A DNA stretch of 64,000 nt, from positions 1,984,001-2,048,000 of the forward strand of contig OZ024752.1 of assembly GCA_964016885.1 (NCBI GenBank). The letters are read 5' to 3'. The stretch is from Eledone cirrhosa (Eukaryota). The notes under the pieces are model-generated. The model worked only from the letters and a program-made list of their open reading frames with translations, was not told where the DNA came from and did not search any database. The translations under genes and the position numbers were made by a program. Every line of letters starts with the position of its first letter. Positions within the stretch are counted from its first letter, which is position 1. Shown here one piece after another: positions 55,979-64,000 of this stretch.

Positions 55979-57960
55979 CCAAATGCCCACAATAAACAAT
56001 TAGAATTTTAGATTGTAATAATATGTACTAAGTCGAAGTACTCAAATGAGTAGCTGAGCGCTGTGTCTATGTACTGTAAAAGAAAAAAAAAGTCAATCCA
56101 GTAAACGGAAACGTATTTTCGGAACCGGCAAAAATATTATAGATGAGGAACGATCCTGCTGACAGTGAAATCAAATAGACAATACACTGAAAATATAAAG
56201 ACATTGAAATATATAATATGTGCTACAATGTCACTGAGTATATATCATTTCAGACCGTAATTCGGTGATATTTCAACTAAACACCAACCATTCGATATTA
56301 AAATAAAGCATAACAAACGAATATAAATAAACAAAATGCATAACTGAATTTGCTAAATGTCTAGGTTTACTAACTGCTTATATGAAGACCCATTTTCCTC
56401 GCCTCTCACACTCTTATGTCATTTCCTAGGTCCTACATCGTGCAAACTACAACCAACAACATAGATTGTAGTCACCAGAACTTTCTCCACGATTGCAATG
56501 GGTGTAGCAGTTTGGGGGAAAGAACTGTTGAGATATGTGTGGGGTAGTATTTAATTCGAATAATTTAATATAATGTATTTAGTTAAATTGCATTTTTTTC
56601 TACTGTGCATAACCAAATGTATATTATCTGATATATATTCGTGAAGTTAAAATATAATGTTATTTTTTGCATTATCATGAAATGGCAGATGACTTCATTA
56701 TCAACACTGTTATATATATACATTCTGAGACGTTTCAGTAAGGTGTACCTAAATACGTTTGAATATCGCTAAGAAAATTACATTAAAAAAACAAAATAAT
56801 GAGGAATAACAAATATTTCAGATCATTATCTCATTTTCGTATGGTTACTGATATTCATAATGTTCAAAATGTGAAATATAATCTAATATTCTGCCAGGTG
56901 TGAAACAAAAGTTATTTGCCTGAATGATTGTATATGTGTATGCATATAAAACCGTTCTGATGTTAAAAATAATGAGCTCGAAAATGTATGACTATATGCT
57001 ATAAAAGACAATACAATCATGCATTTGCTATAACATCTTAATACAATTTGAACTAAGAATGTTGAAATGTACACATCTCACGGTTTATCTTTGCGGAAGC
57101 AACATCGTGTTTATCCGAAGGCAGAAGGAAACTGCTGATTAAATTCGAAAAATAAATCCAAACAGATGCAATTTCTTTGCGAGTTTGACAGCACCTTCGT
57201 AAGTGAGCGATATTTATTTTTTTATGCATATTTTGTTAGTGTTTCTTTTTCTTCATTCTTGTATTTCTCTTTAGTTTTAACACTGCCTATTATTTTTAGC
57301 ACTTAATGTTACTTCAGCATACTGTAATTATAGGTTTGTCATCTAACACACTGTTTTGATTGATTAATACATCTGCTTCGGGTACAAGAATAAAACTCGT
57401 TTACATTATGCAAAGTAAGAGTGCAAGGGTATCGATCAAATTTATAATAAATGTGCTTTACAACGCCCATGTGTTGCGCAGAATTTCCCAAATCTAATTC
57501 CACACGGAAAATGTCATTTGCAATATGCAACCTGCTTTAATAACTGTAAGATATACGATGTGATCGATTCAGTATTTCTGTCACGCAAAATACAGCGACA
57601 TATTAAAAGAAACATGTAAGCTTTATTTTTCATCTTCTGATTCCCGAAAAATAAACTCTGAATTATAATTATAATATATAAGTGCACGTAACTGTCTCTC
57701 CGTATGTATTGTACAGACGATCCATCAATAGAGCCTGTATGTTTATGACTATACGATATATATATCGTAGATGTTGAGATATATGTATGGCTACTGCCTT
57801 CGATCGGTTTTCTTGGTGTCACACATGTGAAGTGATGTGTTTAATCTGAGCGCTAACGTATTAACAAACTACTCTACTGTGGGTCTCAAACAACTTGATT
57901 ACCTGCTATATGGCAGCTAAAACTTCGATTCATGCCTTATATATATATATATATATATAT

Positions 57961-58082
57961 AGGAAAAGAGTCAGAACCCCGGCGGCTGAGCTACAGCCAT
58001 TTTCGACAGCTAGATCCGAACTGTAAGTATCGAGTACTTTGGTGCGTTATGGTCCACTAGGTTTCTTACCATACTTTCTTTG

Positions 58083-58085
<3 letters not shown>
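57961..58085 (-). mobile_element. Diverged family B copy
   Basis: gagtactttggtgcgttatggtcca and accccggcggctgagct. Confidence 0.75.
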
Positions 58086-58128
<43 letters not shown>

Positions 58129-60763
58129 ATATTGTATATATATAAACATCGTGGCGAACACTTTCCTCCTTGCTATTGCACAACATGCAACGTAGGCTAT
58201 TTCGCGTCTGCACTATGCAGTAAGTGCACCGATTGCTACATTGGCAGGATAATCAAAACGGACCAAACAAACATGTAAGCAACATAAGTAAAGAAATAAT
58301 ACGTAATTTTAAAATCCTACGGAATTCGTTAAGCTGACTCTCGGCTCTACTAATTAACAACACACTACCAATTGTATGTCGGCATTAGCAATTGTGCAAA
58401 GATTAGTACTGTCTCTTAATCTTTTGGGGACCGAATATTACCTGTGAAATGCAAATGTTTGAGATGATGGTTACAAACGTTGAAGACGTATTCTACTGCA
58501 GGTAGTTATGAATGTTTGCGTTCTAAAGGCAATGCAGATGCAGACAAAAACATGTAACGGTTGGGCATTTTCTTTTCACATGATTGCTAAGTACTTATAC
58601 ACGGAATATATGAATGTTTCAAAATCGGAAGAATTACCCAATTCATGATCTCGTGAGACTTATGGAAGATTTCATATTGTATAGTAAGTGTGTTGAACAT
58701 GAGGTATCCACTACTTGATTCGTTTTATTAATATGATAGATTTGTTCAGAGTTTGCCAAGTCTTCTGCAATGGTAAATTTAACCAGCCAGACAACATCGG
58801 GAATGCGGTATCTCCAAATACTAGTGGCAAGGCTTTCACTATCATGTCTAAAATTGATAAATGTTGATAAAAAGTTAATAGATTTGTAAATTTAATGATC
58901 GATCGTATATATTTCAGTTTAGAATTATAATGTTTACCATCTTAAAATATCTTTTGTGTTCATGTGTGTCACTTTTGGAATGTCTTGATTGACATGTGTA
59001 AAGATTCCTTTCTATAAATTCAATAATTTCTCAAAGAATTGGTGTACACGTTTTTCATCAAACTGAAGAAGCATTATATAGCTAAAGGTCTTCCTTGTGT
59101 TATATTCTTTTCCGTTGTCTGCTCTATTTCATTTCTCGTGGGGTTTCCTCAAACTACGTATTTTATTTTTATATACACTCCTAATATCAGTTGATTTTCA
59201 AGTGTTATTTGTTGTGTCCCCTACTAAAGTCTTGATATATCAATAGTAGATTGTATTGCTTGTTTATTGTACGTGGTTTCCAGCGATGAAAATGTTCGGT
59301 ATTATCAAAATGTCTAATTCTGTATGCGTTTTCAGGATTAGTGGTTTCTTTTTACCGCTTCAAATATTTATTAGCCTTTCCCAATATATATTTTTGTGGT
59401 TGATTTATTCTTTACAAGTTAATTCTTTTCTATATTGACTTGACTGTTTTCTTTCCGCATCATCTTTCATGGAATTAGATGTTTGATTTTATTAAGACCG
59501 ATCTCTATTATAGCAGTATTTCCATTCCGACAGAGTAAATTAGATTATGTAGCATATTAATATTGTATGTTGGGATTATATCTTGGAGGGTCAGATCTAT
59601 TTGGTCATTATTTCCCTTGGGTACCTCTATTTTATTAGACATGATAATTGATTTTGTTGATCTATGCTGGCTATTTATTCTCATATTTTGTATAATATTC
59701 ATTTTACGACTGATTTTTCACTTGTCTCATCTGTCATGATATATTCTATCATTCTGTGCGGTTTCCTATAGGATTTAGACATCATACATTCTTTTCAGAT
59801 TTTTATTTTATTTCGTGTTTATGACAGTGACGTAGTTGTTGCAGGATTAATATTAAAAAATAGTTTCTAGATATTCGGAGCCCGGTCAAAACTAAGTATC
59901 AGTGCAACTGATAATGGAGCGGTGCATTAATATATAACGAGTAAACACATTCTGACCTATGTTTGAATTTCGAATTTACTTTTAATGAATTTCGAATTTA
60001 GTAAATTTTGTTTCGCAACTTTATACTGTGTATATTGACTGAGCTATTGCAATTATGTATGGATGCCTATACAAATGGAGGTATTTTGTTCATTAGATGT
60101 CTTGTAGAATTTATTAAATCCAGTTATTTAACTACTGGTAATATAATTATATTAGTGCATATGCATAGAAGACGAAGTGGGGCATAGTCATTATGCATCT
60201 CAGAAGACTAGATCAGTCATATATGTGCAATGCGATGCGTATGGTTATCACTGAACCAAGGTTTCACATTATCGACACCAAACTCCACACTGCATTTGGC
60301 ATGGGAGACATCGTCTTTATGCCTAGAATACTAGTAACACCAAAATAAGCCCCCTTTTATTTCAAACGACTGCTGTTCCCAACGAGAGACAGTTACGCAA
60401 CGACTTTTCACAAATCCCAGTCTAACACTGCAGGTTGTCGGTTTCCATCTAAAGGAGGTGTGTTTCTCACCTGGTTGATTTTATGTAGATTGCTGCAGAG
60501 TAGTATGCACCAACAAACTCTTCAAGTATGCTCTAAAGAAAAAGACATTGCATTGTATAAACTGAAGTTCTGCACACGTTACTGGATTTGGGCTGTTACT
60601 TGAGGTATTGCGTATCTGCTAAACATGCAGTTAAGTGGTCTCTTTCATGTAACGATCATATAATTCATTTGTGCTGAGATTGATTAATTTCCATACATTA
60701 TTGATCCATTTGTAGCAATTCGGTTGTCCTGTTATGAATAAGTAATATATATATATATATATA

Positions 60764-60794
<31 letters not shown>

Positions 60795-61148
60795 GTGCGC
60801 GCGCGCGCACGTGTGTGTTTGTGTGTGTTATAATCAAGAGTGAAATAACATTTTAACAAAAGGTTAATCTCATTATACGTTTTTCGATGATAATTTGGTC
60901 GGAAATATTGGTAATTACATAATTTATACAATATGATAAATATGTAATAGAATGATTCAGATAATAATTTTTTCGGATATGTATAGAGAAGTGAACTAAT
61001 GTCACTTTGACATTAACGAGAGGGTGCCGTTTTATATGTAGAAATATCTAGGATAGTGTACCTAATATATATGTATATGAAATATAATTGTCAGAAGAAT
61101 TAACGAAACAGTGTTTATTACCTTATAAAATATATATTAAGTAAATTT

Positions 61149-61185
<37 letters not shown>

Positions 61186-64000
61186 TTTAGTGTATGTGCA
61201 TTTTTTTAATTAAAATTGCTTTCTTGGGTCCATTTAACCTTTATAAACAATATCAAAATATTCCTTAGATGCTGCTCTACTGTCATAAAGTAGAATGGGC
61301 ACGGAGACTAATTTACACGTTGATGAGCTATGTTTGAAATTGCTTGTATCGTCATGGATTGAACTTCTTTGGTCAATGCACACATCGACCTTAGCAACAA
61401 CATTAGCATTTGATTGAATTGGATATATATGATTCAGTAATATTCGTGTTTTGACATGTGAATACATTTTATACAATATACAACTATCTTCGTATTACAA
61501 AATCATATATTGCTTTACTTTACAAGCCACCATATGATTTTCTGAAAGGAATCAGATGAAATGACGAGGATAAATTTGATGGATGTTTATTTTTCCTCCA
61601 CAACTTTAATCTTCTGATTAGTGTCCCCTTACATCTATTGGCAATTTTCCTATTTGGCGTTTTAAATAGAGTCAGCGTTGATATAGAATTTCATATTATT
61701 ATGATGTTTTCTAAACATTAGTTCCTCACGTATTTGTGTTTAACTTTACAAAAGAAATAAGATGTTATAAAATCTATAATGATTATAACTTTCAGGTTTT
61801 GAAAAGCATAGTGAGTTTTACTCTTTCAGCCTCTTACTCGTGATTTCTATGCTCAATAAAGAGGATTACTCATTATTAACATGAAGCTACTCATTGATAT
61901 ACATAAATAGAATTGAAGCAAGTACAGCTTAGAAAAGGAGCGGCTGTAAAAGGAGATTGTTATAATCTATAACTCGATAACCATGTTAGGTGAAAAATGC
62001 CCCCCGATCGTAAACAATCAGTGTATATTGTCTCATTTCCAGAATTTGGTGTAACCACAGTTGACACGCACATTTGACTCACACACACACTTACTCACAC
62101 GTATTGACACATATAGATATAAATATGCACGTTTACGCACATACGTTTCCGCACACACACACATACACACACACACATATGTATGGTTGTGCGTATTCAT
62201 TAGATATAACTATTTTTATATATGATTTAAATAAGTATACATATAAGACAAACATAATTTTTACTAAAGATATATCTATCTTCGCGCACGCGCGATTGCA
62301 ATATTTGTGTCGCTGGTTCATAAATGACTTGTGTATTGGATATATTTCACTTTAGATCCAAAAGTATTAAAACTATTTCATACAATTTCATTTCCAGGGC
62401 ATATTGTGTGTTTAGAAATTGACAGTGTCCCATATATTGAATCCACAAATTCTTCTAGCTATCATAGTACTTGTAACGATGAGGTCACTATTGAGTATAG
62501 ACATTAGCAAAGCATCAATGAAACTACATAATTTTCCTTCCATTTCTATTTTACTGATATTATCCATATGCCAGTATTTCTATTCTTATAGAATCTTGAA
62601 ATGTCTTAGATTTGTTATTCAAGTAGGACAGCCGAGGAATTGTGCTGCCATGATGAGAGTGTATTCAGTTTTACCATTAAATGTTTTCTACTTTCGTAAT
62701 TGGTACTTATTACCACGTATAATAATATGCCTAATATGCAGAGGATTTTTATGTGTGGGGAGTTTGAGGGAATGAGGACGTGAGCGGATATTATGGACCG
62801 TGCGACTAGCATAATTACCTGAAGCGAAAGGAAAATCAAGATGTATGAGAGTATAGTGTCAGAGAAAAATGATAATAGAATGGTGTCTAAAAGAAATTTT
62901 GAAGAATATAAAGTGGATATGCATCGGACGGTTTTGGCACTATGAGGTGCGAGGTGTTACTGGAGGCAAGATTTACAATGCAAAAGAAAAAATCCGAATA
63001 TATAATAAACAGGAAATAGTATGAGACGGAATAAACCGGCAGCTATGTAAAGAATTTAGAAGACAGTGTGGTAGACGGCCGTGGTGGGTGTGAAACACAT
63101 GACACAATAATGCAGAGATAGAGGTTGGAATATGAGAGCGTTAGTCATTAACAAAGACGATGTAGGAAAAAGAACATAACAAAAACATACAATCACAATG
63201 AATGAATTGAGTTATTGAGAGAGGAGAAAAATTCAATACATAAAGAAATAAATATTCCTCAATAGGGCCGGGGTGGGGAAAATAATTTTCCCTCGCTGAA
63301 AACTAACAATTACTGTATTAAAAAGATTTGTAGTTACTTATTTTTTTTATATATACGTTTTATCCTCCCATTCCTAAACTTTGCTGTCCCCCCCCCTCTC
63401 TCTTTCTCCCCCCTCTCTCTTTCTTGCTTTCCATGTGTATTCCTAAACACAAAAAACAGATATTCACATACAAACGGATATATATATATATAATCGAAAT
63501 GCATAAACTTACACACATACGCATATTTATATTATATATATGTGTGTATGTGTGTGTCTGTCTATATATATATATATATTATAAAAAATTCATTGAGATG
63601 CAGCTATATTGGGGCAGCTCATTCAATGTAATAACAACCCGGTAGTAATTTTATATATCCAATGACAAATTCGCATATATGAAGAGATGTCGAAAACGAA
63701 TCGAGTATGTCACTTTGATTGTACCTTGCGATAATCGATATCGAAACATTTCTGCTATGCAAATACAATTTGTACATATGTTACAAAACTGACTTTGATT
63801 TAAACAAAATATATTTACACTCTGCGCACAAAAGCCACATTAACCCAAACCAGACGGATCTCGTAACAGCTAGGAATGTTTCGATCCGTACGATAGCCGT
63901 AATTGATGTAACACGCCTAACTAGCACACACACACTCACATATACACACGCACACCCACACACACCTACACACACACACACACGAACACACATATATATA

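Noticed and set aside
58150-58330. CSKCTDCYIGR as a GIY-YIG remnant
   Set aside because: Too short and degraded to support without a profile search.

Overview
This is an AT-rich eukaryotic, apparently non-genic window dominated by (TA)n, (CA)n and (TAA)n microsatellites and decayed retroelements. The tRNA-derived SINE family resembles octopod SINEs, so a cephalopod source is inferred but not proven. No host protein-coding exon could be supported, and the long Ile/Tyr ORFs are microsatellite artefacts. Recognisable elements are RTE-clade LINE fragments (9.9-13.6 kb, 25.9 kb), two tandem R4/Dong-like RLE retrotransposons in a (TAA)n tract (29.2-32.4 kb), a Tx1/L1-like LINE (33.3-37.0 kb), two Penelope-like elements (PLEs; RT plus GIY-YIG; 40-43 kb and 45-46.6 kb) and about 10 SINE copies. 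The main signal missing from the ORF track is RNA structure. Manual reading found 11 canonical-core type I hammerhead ribozymes (HHRs) and several degenerate ones. Three lie in a young, ORF-less, highly self-complementary 312-bp repeat at 43744-44824, arranged as an exact dimer plus an inverted 1.4-mer, which looks like a retrozyme or circular-RNA precursor. A divergent relative at 8878-9570 keeps the closing stem through compensatory changes and has HHR-like motifs on both strands. All folds were inferred by eye and none were computed.
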